Shown one piece after another: positions 9,117 through 18,400 of a stretch of DNA of 42,407 nt. Each line of letters begins with the position of its first letter. Position 1 is the stretch's first letter. The notes beneath the pieces are model-generated. The model did not search any database. It had not been told where the DNA came from and saw only the letters and a list, made by a program, of their open reading frames with translations. Origin of the DNA: Candidatus Uhrbacteria bacterium RIFOXYB12_FULL_58_10 (lineage in GTDB: Bacteria > Patescibacteriota > Patescibacteriia > UBA9934 > GWF2-40-263); contig CALRGA010000001.1 in NCBI GenBank assembly GCA_943357025.1, forward strand, positions 1 to 42,407. The letters run 5' to 3'. A program made the position numbers and the translations under genes.

Positions 9117-9650
9117 CTACGCTCCTGGAGCCGGAGCTTCGGAGGACAAGTCCTCATCGTCTCCTTCGTCGTGCTGGTGATTCGGGTGGCCGTGCTGGTG
9201 CAATCCGGGGACGCGGCTCGCGTAGAGAAGCGTGACGACTCCCGCGACGATGACGATGTCGGAGACGTTGATCGCCGAGCGACCGAACAGGATGAGATAG
9301 TCGACCGTGAAGCCGTACGCGACGCGGTCATACGTGTTTCCAATCGCGCCGATGACGATCATGACCGCGGAAAATGCCACGACGGGCTTTTCTTTGAAGT
9401 TCTTGCGCGCGACCCACAGCAGCGCGAGGCCGATGACTGCCGAGACGCTTATGATTAAGTGCATCTTGAACGGGATGTCGAATGCAATCCCCCAGTTCTT
9501 GTGAATTGCGAGCGCGACGATGCCCGGGGCCGTGAGAGCGCTCTCATCCGGAAGGGCCGACAACGCCCAGTGCTTCACGACCTCGTCGGCGAACACTAAG
9601 ATGCCGACGACCGGAAGCAGCCAGAGGATGGACGCGCGCGGTCTCGTCAC
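9117..9650 (-). CDS. lspA: Lipoprotein signal peptidase II
   Basis: NWGIAFDIPF and IGAIGNTYDRVAYGFTVDYL motifs with 4 TM helices. The track ORF extends to 9740 but would overlap the upstream gene by 94 nt. The in-frame GTG at 9650 gives a GTGA overlap with that gene's stop. Confidence 0.85.
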   Translation of the reverse strand: MTRPRASILWLLPVVGILVFADEVVKHWALSALPDESALTAPGIVALAIHKNWGIAFDIPFKMHLIISVSAVIGLALLWVARKNFKEKPVVAFSAVMIVIGAIGNTYDRVAYGFTVDYLILFGRSAINVSDIVIVAGVVTLLYASRVPGLHQHGHPNHQHDEGDDEDLSSEAPAPGA

Positions 9651-10021
9651 ATCTCCTGGGTGAGCGTCTTCTTGCACTGGATGCAGGACGAAGACGTCGG
9701 CCTCGCGGCGATTCGGCGCTCGTCGATAGGGAGCTTGCAATACTTGCAGGTGCCGTATGTTCCTGCCTCGATCATCTTGAGGGCGCCGTCGATATCCTTC
9801 AGTGATTTCTCCAGTTCTTCCTCCATCGAAAGGTTGTCGCTGTATTGGGCGGCCTCGGCGGCATTATCGCCCTCCTCGGTGCCAACGTCCTTGAAGTCGA
9901 CCTGAAATTCAGGTTCGCCCGGGTTTGGGTTGCGATGGGAAAATTGCGCGAGTTCCTGTGTCACGCGCGCGCGGTCGGCAGTAAGCAGTTCCTTGATCGC
10001 CTGGATATCGAGTGTGCCCAT
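9647..10021 (-). CDS. DksA/TraR-family C4-type zinc-finger protein
   Basis: C-terminal sequence GTYGTCKYCKLPIDERRIAARPTSSSCIQCK after a coiled-coil-like N-terminal half. Confidence 0.88.
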   Translation of the reverse strand: MGTLDIQAIKELLTADRARVTQELAQFSHRNPNPGEPEFQVDFKDVGTEEGDNAAEAAQYSDNLSMEEELEKSLKDIDGALKMIEAGTYGTCKYCKLPIDERRIAARPTSSSCIQCKKTLTQEM

Positions 10022-10045
10022 ATTGATTTCGCTAAGAATACACAG

Positions 10046-10074
10046 ATGATAGCAGTGTTTCGACGAAGACGCAA
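10046..10074 (-). promoter_or_regulatory. Predicted promoter of the dksA-type gene
   Basis: On the minus strand: TTGCGT (10074-10069), 17 nt, TATCAT (10051-10046). The leader to the ATG at 10021 is 24 nt. Confidence 0.5.
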
Positions 10075-10084
10075 TGAATTTTCA

Positions 10085-10132
10085 AATAAAAAAGAGGCCG
10101 TCACCTGATTTTAAATAATCTAAGGTGCGGCC
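10085..10132 (-). terminator. Intrinsic terminator ending the candidate ncRNA
   Basis: On the minus strand GGCCGCACCU (10132-10123) pairs with AGGUGaCGGCC (10107-10097), followed by UCUUUUUUAUUU. Confidence 0.6.
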
Positions 10133-10464
10133 CCTTTCGGGGCCAGCGTCAGCCTTTTCAGGCATCGGGTTTCGATTCCTTCTGGGAAGGACGTAAAACT
10201 CGATGCCCGGAACTGCATGTTGCATTGGACCCGTAGGCGTACTTCTCTACCACTCTTTGGTTTCATCCGCGCTTCGAACACGAGGGATCGAATGATTGCG
10301 GAGTTACCGTAGATGGTTTTGCTTTTGTTTTGATCTTTCAATCAGAACAGTAGAGAAGCGGGATATTTTCCGAAAGTCATATGGTCGATTGCGTGGGGCA
10401 CAATCGACCGGCTTTCGGAAAACCTCCCTGTGAGGTGTTTGGAAGGAACGAACTGTTGGGTACT
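10090..10464 (-). ncRNA. Candidate structured non-coding RNA of about 375 nt, family not identified
   Basis: Bounded by a near-consensus promoter and an intrinsic terminator. Helices seen by eye: nested perfect helices 10366-10376/10412-10422 (11 bp) and 10383-10391/10401-10409 (9 bp); a long-range 9-bp helix 10242-10250/10350-10358; helix 10161-10167/10201-10207; and a GAAA-capped hairpin at 10129-10144. The only ORF is 73 aa with a TTG start and weak GC3. Confidence 0.5.
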
Positions 10465-10469
10465 TCTAT

Positions 10470-10498
10470 ATAATACATCCTTGAACACAAAAAGTCAA
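10470..10498 (-). promoter_or_regulatory. Predicted sigma70-type promoter of the candidate ncRNA
   Basis: On the minus strand: TTGACT (10498-10493), 17 nt, TATTAT (10475-10470). Confidence 0.6.
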
Positions 10499-10569
10499 AA
10501 ATCAAGAAATGAAGTAACCTAGCGAAAATATCACGAAGTGTGAAATTTTTGTGCTCAAGTGCTCTGAAC

Positions 10570-10621
10570 TGTGGATAAAAGTTATCCACAGTTATACCTA
10601 GTTTTCACCAAGTTATCCACA
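10570..10621. promoter_or_regulatory. Cluster of three exact and two degenerate DnaA boxes
   Basis: Exact boxes: TGTGGATAA 10570-10578, TTATCCACA 10582-10590, TTATCCACA 10613-10621. Degenerate boxes: TTATACCTA 10592-10600, TTTTCACCA 10602-10610. An AT-rich tract lies immediately to the left. Confidence 0.65.
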
Positions 10622-10622
10622 T

Positions 10623-11921
10623 TCAGTAACAGAGATGGATCGTTGTGTGAAAATACCCTTCATCAAGTCCGATGACACCGTAGGTATTTGCTAAAACACT
10701 GAGTAATGCAGCGGATCTCGCATGCATGGAGTCCTTAGACAGGTCGAGCAACGAGCGAACGTCGACGAATGCCGCGTTCGAGGAGCAAAGCGGGCGTACC
10801 CCCGTCTTCTTTTCACCCAGGCTGAAGTCTAGCAACGCTTGTGAATTTGTGATCGTCACGATCTCATCCAGTTCCGAGGAAAATACATATCCGCCTTCTC
10901 TGCTTGAGGCACGCGATACAATTGTGCCGGCGACGGTCGTCTCCTCGATCGTGGTAAGGGACGGATCGACGATAATCTCATCCGCGACCGAGTTGTCCGG
11001 CAGCACAAGCGGCTGGATTCTTGGTATTTGTAGCGCTGCGGCCATCTGAACGAGCTTTTCCTGCGATTCCTTTTTGAATTGTACCGAGGAGGTCGTAAGC
11101 AGATAATCCACGAAATCCTTGTTTTTCACCAGGATGACCGTTCCTTTGTTTGAGAGGAGATGAGAGGCGAGGAATGCCGCCGAAGGGGTCTGATACGAGG
11201 AAAGAATCGTATCGATAGCATTTGTTACCCCATCCACATTCGTGTTTGGCAACGCTGGTGTGGACATCACGGCGATCGTCGACTCTGGAACAGTTTTCCA
11301 TGGGAGGACGGACAGGTGTTGTTTTGGCAACCGAATGGTCGTCTGACCCTTTGTCGCATAGATTGCGCCGGAAAGATCCGTTTCCCCTGGGACATACATG
11401 CTTCCGATGCGTGGATTCCATGGAAAATGAACGGAGCCGAACCAAATATGCGACGGATTCCACCCTGATCGAGCCATCGGGCGGTCGGACAGGAGGATGA
11501 CTCCAGGCGCGGTCTCCTGGACGATGATGCCCAGGGCGTCGAGTTCGGACGTCGGCAGGTCTGCTTTCGCCGCCCGCACGGCCACCGACCGCGTTCCGTC
11601 CGTCGCGACGAACAGCGAGAACTCGCCGCGCGCGAACGGCTGAATGTCGTCGGTGGTCAGTGGGCGGTTGGAAACAAGTGGAATTTTGTCTAAAACGCGC
11701 TCCGTCGCGTCCCAAGTCAGTAGATTCGGAAGGAAATGTAGAACGACAGCCGTATCCTGCGGGGCGGATGAGGAGGTTGTGTCCCGCCCGTACCAAATCG
11801 TCGCGGCGACCATCAGAATGAGAAACCCGATGGTTGCCGCCACGGCAAAGAGCGAAACAACCCGCCGTGAAAGGCGGGTTGTCTGCTGGTATCGGTGGAG
11901 TGGGATGTTCAGCCTCTGCAC
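10623..11921 (-). CDS. Hypothetical membrane-anchored protein (432 aa)
   Basis: Long ORF immediately downstream of pnp. N-terminal TM segment VVSLFAVAATIGFLILMVAATIWY. No motif recognised. Confidence 0.8.
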   Translation of the reverse strand: MQRLNIPLHRYQQTTRLSRRVVSLFAVAATIGFLILMVAATIWYGRDTTSSSAPQDTAVVLHFLPNLLTWDATERVLDKIPLVSNRPLTTDDIQPFARGEFSLFVATDGTRSVAVRAAKADLPTSELDALGIIVQETAPGVILLSDRPMARSGWNPSHIWFGSVHFPWNPRIGSMYVPGETDLSGAIYATKGQTTIRLPKQHLSVLPWKTVPESTIAVMSTPALPNTNVDGVTNAIDTILSSYQTPSAAFLASHLLSNKGTVILVKNKDFVDYLLTTSSVQFKKESQEKLVQMAAALQIPRIQPLVLPDNSVADEIIVDPSLTTIEETTVAGTIVSRASSREGGYVFSSELDEIVTITNSQALLDFSLGEKKTGVRPLCSSNAAFVDVRSLLDLSKDSMHARSAALLSVLANTYGVIGLDEGYFHTTIHLCY

Positions 11922-11942
11922 ATCGATCGTTCCGAATAGTAT

Positions 11943-14105
11943 TTACGCGTTTTTCGGGCGCTCCGGGAATACGTTTCCCGTGGCCTGCTTCATTGAGAGG
12001 TTAATGCGGCCAAGGTTGTCGATTTCCGTGACCTTCACGAACACCTCCTGGCCCACCTTGACGATATCACCCGGCTCGGCAACGCGCCAGGGAGCCATTT
12101 CGCTCACGTGCACAAGACCTTCCTGCTTCGGCAGGAACTCGACGAACGCTCCGAAACCCATGAGACGCGTCACTTTTCCCTTGAACTGCTCGCCCACGGC
12201 GGCCTTCCGCGTGAGGTTGCGGACCCAGTCGTATGCCTGCTGCGCGGCCTCCGCGTTGACCGACGTGATCATGACGAGTCCGTCGTCCTCGATATCGATG
12301 GATCCGACGCCCGTGGTGGCGATGATCTCGTTGATCATCTTTCCTCCAGGTCCGATGACGGCTCCGATCGATTCCGGGTCGATGCGCAGCGTGATGATGC
12401 GCGGGGCGAACTGCGACAGCTCGTTGCGCGGCGCGGCGATGGCGCCGTCCATGACGTCGAGAATCTCGAGGCGGGCGGTAAGCGCCTGCGCCAGCGTCTG
12501 GGCGAGCACTTCCGGGCCGACGCCCTTGGTCTTCGTGTCCATCTGAATGGCGGTGATTCCGGCGCGGGTTCCGGCGATCTTGAAGTCCATGCCTCCGGCG
12601 CCGTCCTCGAGGTCCTGCAGGTCGGTGATTACCTTCCAGTTTCCCTTGTCATCGGTCGCGAGGCCCATCGCGATCCCGGCCACGGCGGCCTTGATCGGAA
12701 CTCCGGCGTCCATCAGGGCGAGCGACGATCCGCAGGTGGAGCCCATCGACGACGAGCCGTTCGACGAAAGGACCTCGGAAACGACGCGGATCGTGTACGG
12801 GAACGCCTCCTTTTCCGGCAGCATCGGCAGGATCGCCTTTTCCGCGAGCGATCCGTGTCCGATCTCGCGGCGTCCCGGCCCGCGCATCGGCTTGCATTCG
12901 CCGACCGAGTACGGGGGGAAGTTATAGTGATGGAAGTAATTCTTGGTTCCCTGGAATTCCATCGAGTCAAGCGTCTGCTTGTCGCCCGGCGAGCCGAGCG
13001 TCACCGTCGAGAGCACCTGCGTCTCGCCGCGCATGAAGTGTCCTGATCCGTGAAGGCGCTTGAACAGGCCCACTTCGGAGATCAGCTGGCGGATCTGCGT
13101 GATGGAGCGTCCGTCGACGCGCTTCTGCTCCTCGAGGATCATGCGGGACACCTCGTGCTCGAGCACCTCCTCGACGATGGACGTGCCGTACTTGGCGTCG
13201 GCCGCCTCGATTCCCTTCTCGAGCAGGAACGCCTCGGTGCGCTTCTTCGTCTCGGTCTTCTGCTGCGCGCGCTCAACCTTCGTTGCGCGGGGCGTTCCGA
13301 AGAAAAGTTCCATGACCTGCGCCGTGATAAACGGGCGGGCGATGGACTGAACCTCTTCGCGCCGGGCGAACTTTGCGGCCTCGGCGTCGTTCTTCGGGGA
13401 AACCATGTCTCGCTTGGCCTTGCCGACCGCGGCGCGGGCCTCCTCGATAAGCCTGATCGGCACGGCGAGATGCTTGGACCCGAAGGCGAACGCGTCGACG
13501 ACGGTCGATTCGACCGCCTCGCTCGCTCCCGCCTCGACCATGATCACCTTTTCCGGCGTTCCGGCGAACGACAGGTCGAGGCCGCTCTTGGCGCGCACCT
13601 CGTACGTCGGGTTGATCGTCCACTCGCCGCCGATCTGGCCGATGCGGATGTTTGCGATCGGGCCGTCCCACGGGATGTCCGAGATGTGCAGCGCGCAGGC
13701 GGCGCCGATGAGTCCGATGATGTCCGGATCGTTTTCGCCGTCGAACTGGAGGACGGTGACGATCACTTGGATGTCATTGCGCATGCGGTCGTCGAACAGC
13801 GGGCGGATGGCGCGGTCGATGTAGCGCGCGACGAGCATCGCGTCGTCGGTGGCGCGACCTTCCTTCTTCATGAACCGCGAGCCTTTGATGCGTCCGGCGG
13901 CGTAGAAGCGCTCTTCGTACTCCACCTGGAGCGGAAAGAAGTCGAGGCCGTCGCGAAGCCCCGTGCTCATGCACGCGGTGGCGAGGACGACGGTGTCGCC
14001 GTACTGAACGGTGCAGGAGCCGTTCGCCGGATTGGCGAACTTTCCCGTCTCGATGATGAGGTCCTTTCCGCCCCACTGCGCGGCAAACGTCTTGGTTTCT
14101 GACAT
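11943..14105 (-). CDS. pnp: Polyribonucleotide nucleotidyltransferase (PNPase)
   Basis: Two RNase PH domains ([17 protein letters not shown], ...[21 protein letters not shown]), a KH domain ([15 protein letters not shown]) and an S1 domain ([15 protein letters not shown]). The track start is 14156. I prefer the ATG at 14105 ([13 protein letters not shown]...), which gives a typical N-terminus. Confidence 0.95.
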   Translation of the reverse strand: MSETKTFAAQWGGKDLIIETGKFANPANGSCTVQYGDTVVLATACMSTGLRDGLDFFPLQVEYEERFYAAGRIKGSRFMKKEGRATDDAMLVARYIDRAIRPLFDDRMRNDIQVIVTVLQFDGENDPDIIGLIGAACALHISDIPWDGPIANIRIGQIGGEWTINPTYEVRAKSGLDLSFAGTPEKVIMVEAGASEAVESTVVDAFAFGSKHLAVPIRLIEEARAAVGKAKRDMVSPKNDAEAAKFARREEVQSIARPFITAQVMELFFGTPRATKVERAQQKTETKKRTEAFLLEKGIEAADAKYGTSIVEEVLEHEVSRMILEEQKRVDGRSITQIRQLISEVGLFKRLHGSGHFMRGETQVLSTVTLGSPGDKQTLDSMEFQGTKNYFHHYNFPPYSVGECKPMRGPGRREIGHGSLAEKAILPMLPEKEAFPYTIRVVSEVLSSNGSSSMGSTCGSSLALMDAGVPIKAAVAGIAMGLATDDKGNWKVITDLQDLEDGAGGMDFKIAGTRAGITAIQMDTKTKGVGPEVLAQTLAQALTARLEILDVMDGAIAAPRNELSQFAPRIITLRIDPESIGAVIGPGGKMINEIIATTGVGSIDIEDDGLVMITSVNAEAAQQAYDWVRNLTRKAAVGEQFKGKVTRLMGFGAFVEFLPKQEGLVHVSEMAPWRVAEPGDIVKVGQEVFVKVTEIDNLGRINLSMKQATGNVFPERPKNA

Positions 14106-14180
14106 ACTCTTGATCGTTCCCGTCGAAAGTGAAGGTATCGAGATTACTCTCGACATCTCTGTGTCTCGACGGGAGCGTTG

Positions 14181-14216
14181 TTAAGAATCAAGACGCAGGG
14201 CTCAAGCGATTCTTAA
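14181..14216 (-). promoter_or_regulatory. Stem-loop in the pnp 5' leader
   Basis: TTAAGAATC (14181-14189) pairs with GATTCTTAA (14208-14216): a 9-bp stem with an 18-nt loop, between the NYN stop and the pnp start. Confidence 0.4.
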
Positions 14217-14235
14217 GCCATGGCTCCTGGATCTT

Positions 14236-14916
14236 TTAAAACTCAAGTCGTCGTCCGCGGTTCTCTTCCTGCTTGGACGTCGTCGCGGCCGGCGCGATCG
14301 GCATAAGGAAACCGTCATTCGCGTCGTCGTCGCGCTCCGTGCCGTCGGAGTCGTCGCCATCGGGCTTCTCCTCGAGGATCTCGCCGCCGCGCGGAGCCCC
14401 GGCTCCCGAGGGCTTGCGCGCCGGGCCGATGAGAAAGCGCTTCTTGTTGTCCGAGAGGTTGGTGTATTCGTCCGCGGCCTCGACGAGCTTGCTCGACGTG
14501 GTCTCGCGGAAGGCAATCACCTCGACCGTGCGTCCGCGGCTCTTCGCGAAGTCGATGAGCGGAACGAAGTCTCCGTCGCCGGTCACGAGGACGACCACGT
14601 CGACCGTGTCGAGCATGCGCACCACGTCGATGGCGAGTCCCACGTCCCAGTCGGCCTTCTTCTGGCCGGAAAGATATTCCATCAGGTCCTTCTCGCGAAG
14701 CTCGATGCCGAGCTTCTTCAGCGCCTCGAAGAACGGAGTCTCGTCCGCGGCCTTCGTCTTCACCACGTACGCGACGGCGCGAATCAGTTTGCGCCCGGCC
14801 ACCGCGTCCTCCACGATATGGCCGAAGCTCACGCGCCTGCCAAACAGGTGGCGGGCGCTGTAATACATGTTCTGCGTGTCGATAAAAACGCCGACGCGCT
14901 GGTCCAAATGTTTCAT
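14236..14916 (-). CDS. NYN-domain (LabA/DUF88-like, PIN-like nuclease fold) protein with a disordered acidic/basic C-terminal tail
   Basis: VGVFIDTQNMYYSA, DWDVGLAIDVV and VVLVTGDGDFVPLIDFAKSRGRTVEVIAF. Confidence 0.88.
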   Translation of the reverse strand: MKHLDQRVGVFIDTQNMYYSARHLFGRRVSFGHIVEDAVAGRKLIRAVAYVVKTKAADETPFFEALKKLGIELREKDLMEYLSGQKKADWDVGLAIDVVRMLDTVDVVVLVTGDGDFVPLIDFAKSRGRTVEVIAFRETTSSKLVEAADEYTNLSDNKKRFLIGPARKPSGAGAPRGGEILEEKPDGDDSDGTERDDDANDGFLMPIAPAATTSKQEENRGRRLEF

Positions 14917-14928
14917 AGATTTTGAAAT

Positions 14929-14955
14929 ACCCGGCCCGAAATTTTCGGACCGGGT
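14929..14955 (-). terminator. Stem-loop after rpsO (terminator or attenuator)
   Basis: On the minus strand: ACCCGGUCCGA-aaauu-UCGGGCCGGGU (one mismatch) between the rpsO stop at 14963 and the NYN ATG at 14916. Confidence 0.5.
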
Positions 14956-14962
14956 ACAAAAA

Positions 14963-15223
14963 TTACAATCCGAGATCCTCGCGAAGCTTCTTCGCGCCCT
15001 TTTCGTCCTCGCGGTCGAAGTACTTCATCAGGCGATGGCGCTCGTGAACCTTCTTGATCAAACCGCGGCGGGACGAGAAGTCCTTCTTGTGCATCTTCAG
15101 ATGCTCCGTCAGGTCGAGGATTTCCGCGGACAGAATGGCGATCTGTACCTGCGGCGAACCCGTGTCGGACTCGTGCGTCCGGTACTTTTCGATGACTTTT
15201 TGCTTTTTCTTGGGATCCAACAT
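14963..15223 (-). CDS. rpsO: 30S ribosomal protein S15
   Basis: MLDPKKKQKVIEKYRTHESDTGSPQVQIAILSAEILDLTEHLKMHKKDFSSRRGLIKKV... Confidence 0.95.
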   Translation of the reverse strand: MLDPKKKQKVIEKYRTHESDTGSPQVQIAILSAEILDLTEHLKMHKKDFSSRRGLIKKVHERHRLMKYFDREDEKGAKKLREDLGL

Positions 15224-15232
15224 AGGGATTGA

Positions 15233-15341
15233 GGATACGAATCAACAAATTTGCTACTTAACTACGAAAGCTACAGATATCTACGAATTGGCAGCTATTC
15301 GTTGATTTGTAGTTCTGTGGCGAATTTGTTGATTTGTATCC
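15233..15341 (-). promoter_or_regulatory. Structured rpsO 5' leader (candidate S15 autoregulatory element)
   Basis: 19-bp inverted repeat with one mismatch (arms 15233-15251 and 15323-15341) enclosing 71 nt with further small helices. The 3' arm ends 9 nt before the rpsO ATG. Confidence 0.45.
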
Positions 15342-15465
15342 AATTTCGTCACGCGCGTCCGAGAAACGGAGTTGAGCCCGGCTCCAAGGCGGCGTCGCAA
15401 GAGTGAATTACAGGGGAAGAATAGCAAAAGGCGGGTTTTTCGTCAATTCTGGCACAGGGATACGG

Positions 15466-15471
15466 TATACT
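15466..15471 (+). promoter_or_regulatory. -10 box of the giant ORF (leaderless layout)
   Basis: TATACT lies 8 nt upstream of the ATG at 15480. No good -35 box is present. Confidence 0.4.
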
Positions 15472-15479
15472 GTCACGGT

Positions 15480-18400
15480 ATGGCGATCGATATCATCTCA
15501 CCGGAGGAGGAAGCGGCGCGGGCGGCGAATTTAAAGAAGGCGAAGGTCGATCTGTTTATAGGGAAACCCTTTTGGTTTGAGGATTTTCTTCGGAACAACG
15601 GCCCGCTTTCCGACGTCGACCGGATTCATGCGGAGGCATTGGCGCTGAACGGATATCTCTTCGCGAAGGAGAAAGGCGGGGATATCGAGACGTACGAGCG
15701 GCTGTTCCCGTTTTTCGCCGAGGGCCCGTCTTCTCCTGAGTTCCTGCGCGTGGCAAAGGAACGCATGCGCCGCAGCCTTCGGGTCGGGTGGATGGAGAAC
15801 GTCGCGGAAGCGCTGAAGGACGGATGGATTCAGCCGGAATATCTGGCGTCCGAGGAGGCGATCGCGTTCGCCCTGGAGTTCGTCGCGAAGAGAGCGAGGG
15901 ATTCGCACGCGGACAGCGAGGTGATCGGCATGCTCGCCCTTCCGTTTCCCGCGTCGTTCTTCGAATCGAGTGCCGTCATGTCGATGCTGCGCGGATGCGT
16001 TGGGAACTTCATTCGATACCGCGTGCAGGACGCGGAGAAAATCCTCGGCCGTCTCCGCGGAACGGCATTCGAGCCTTCCCCGGAAAGCATTGAGACGGAC
16101 GCGAAGGTTGGGATCCACCAGGCGTTTTGCAAGGACAAGCCCGAGGTGGTGGACGCGTACATTCGCGACTATGGGATGGCCGGCGAGATGCCGACCGGCG
16201 CGGAACGCCACAAAGCCGCCGAGGAATATCTGCGGCACGAGAATATCGATGGGCTGTTGGAGTACGTCCGCCGCTTTGGGAGCGAGGGCATTGGGCAGGA
16301 AGGCAGCCGGGTGCATTCCCTCGATGGTGCGATTGCGGAACGGGCGGCGGAACGGGATTGGGAGAGGATCCGGAAGGTGCTGACCGTGCTTGGGATCTCG
16401 GATCGCCAGGCGACGAATCGCGGCCGAGGCCCGGTTGCGCACGCCGTCGACACCTTGGGACAAAACGAGGCGTTTGCGGAGGCCAAGGAGCTTGCAAGGC
16501 AGTACAAAATAAATGACCAGGAGCTCCTGCAGAGGATGGGCTACTCTATCCAGGTGGCCTTCCGCCAAAGACACGACGTTCTCGCGAACACGCCCGAGGA
16601 ACCGACCAATGTCGCCCGCACGCTGTTGTCGGATGTGGACCGTGTTTTCGAAAGGTTTGCCAGCGTCTTTCCGGACATCGAGCCGGAACGGCTGTCGCAA
16701 GGGCGACGGGAAACCCTCACGAGATTTCTGGAACGAAATTCGTACCAAAACAAGATCCTTCCGTCCGAGCTGGCGATGTACGACGCGATGTTCGCGGAAA
16801 CCGGCGATCCGGAATGGAAGCGACAGAAAGAAAAGGCGATCCATTCCAAATTGTTCGAATACAACCTTCCGGAGTTCCAGGCGGCCGTGAAATCCCTGGA
16901 GGGAATGGGAGTAACCATGGACGATCCGGCCGTCAAAACGCTGGCATGGGTCGTGGGCGGTGGGCTGTCTTCCATGGGGAAAAAGAAAGTCGCGAAGTTC
17001 ATGAGGATCCACGGCATCGGCGCGGAGGCGTTCGAAACTCCCGCGATGCGTCCCGTCGTTGACGAACGTGCGCGGGCCTTGCTGCGCGAGCTGAATTTTT
17101 TCCAGCTGGACCGGCTGACGGAACTGACGAAGACGGACTGCGCGGAACGGGCGATCGCGACGGCGAGGGAATCGCGCGACTTCGACCACGACCGCCTGGT
17201 GAACGGAATCCGGAACGGGGACAAGCGCACGGTCGAGATCGCACAACGGCTTGGACTGACCGCCGATGATTTCCCGGGATCGCTTCCGCCAAGCTTCGTG
17301 ACGGGGGCGCTTCCCGAGTCATTGCGCCCGGTGCTTGGCCGGGACGCGTGGGCGCCGGCGTACAAGCGGATGCTCAACCTTCAGGGACGAAGCTCCCGCG
17401 CCATGTACGACCCGTGGGTCACGGACTTCGATCCGCTTGTGGACCGTCTGGCGAAGGCGGGAATGATCGATCGCGAAAAGGCCGAGGACGGCGAGATCGT
17501 GCTCGAGTTCGTGCGACAGTTCGGGATGACGAGCGCGCCCATGCTCGCGGAGACGTTCGTGGAACTGAGGCGCGGAAAAAAATTCGCAGAGCTGTCCGAG
17601 GCACAACGCCGACGACTTACGGAGACGATCGGAAAGCGGGTCGAGCGCATGACGAACGAGCAGCTCGTCAACGAGATGAAGCTGACGCGGGCAAGGCTCG
17701 TCGGCGAACTGCTGAACGACGAGATTCCAAGAGGCCTTTCGACGGAACTCGGATTGGAAATGCTTTCCTCGATGACCGGCGTTTCCATGTGGACGCGGCC
17801 GGAGGACAGTCCCGCGGAGCTTGTCGCGACCCTGCGGGAGACGTTGTCCGATCCGGTTCGACGCGCGGCGCTGATGCCGCCGGACGCATATTTCGACCGA
17901 CGCGACCCTGCGCGCACGAGCGGCATGGCCCTGACGGTCCGCGAGGCCCGCCGCAGTCCCGCCCCGCCAGAATCAAGGGAGGTCGCCTCGAGGCAGATCG
18001 ACGAGCTTCTTGCCGAACGGCCGGAAGCGCCCACGAGCGCGGGACGGTTCTACCTGGCGCTCAAGGAAGCCTGCTCCGTCGCCACCGAGGACGCGGAACC
18101 GGCCTCCGAGGCGCTTCGGAACCTGTTCCTTGGAAAAAGTTGCTCCGAGGACATTCCCGATATCAACCGCGACTCGGCCATGAGGAAGGACGCGCTCGAA
18201 TGGATGAGCCGGCAAATTCGGGAGCTTGCCGTCCGAGGCGCGGTAATTTCAAAGGAGGACTGGCTCGCGCTTTCCGTCGTCCTTCTCCAATCGAGCGGCA
18301 AGGATTCTTCCTGGGCCCGCGAGATCATCCAAATTTCACGCGAGGAAGCGTCGCTGACGGCTGATTCGCTCGAACGGCTGAGCGAGGCGCTTCGCCTCTT

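Noticed and set aside
10120-10341. A 73-aa ORF (TTG start) lies inside the candidate ncRNA, and a 70-aa ORF lies at 10377-10589.
   Set aside because: Both have non-ATG or unsupported starts. GC3 is about 58% by hand count, against 70% or more in sampled neighbouring genes. The first lies across perfect RNA helices and the second spans the promoter and the DnaA boxes.
10090-10464. The candidate ncRNA could be RNase P RNA, tmRNA, SRP RNA or 6S RNA.
   Set aside because: I looked for GAGGAAAGUCCGGGC and ACAGAAnCCGGCUUA (RNase P). I looked for a GGUUCGAnUCC...CCACCA 3' end and an alanine-resume tag ORF (tmRNA), and for the GGAA-capped domain IV motif (SRP). Only weak partial resemblances were seen. 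The identity remains open pending a covariance-model search.
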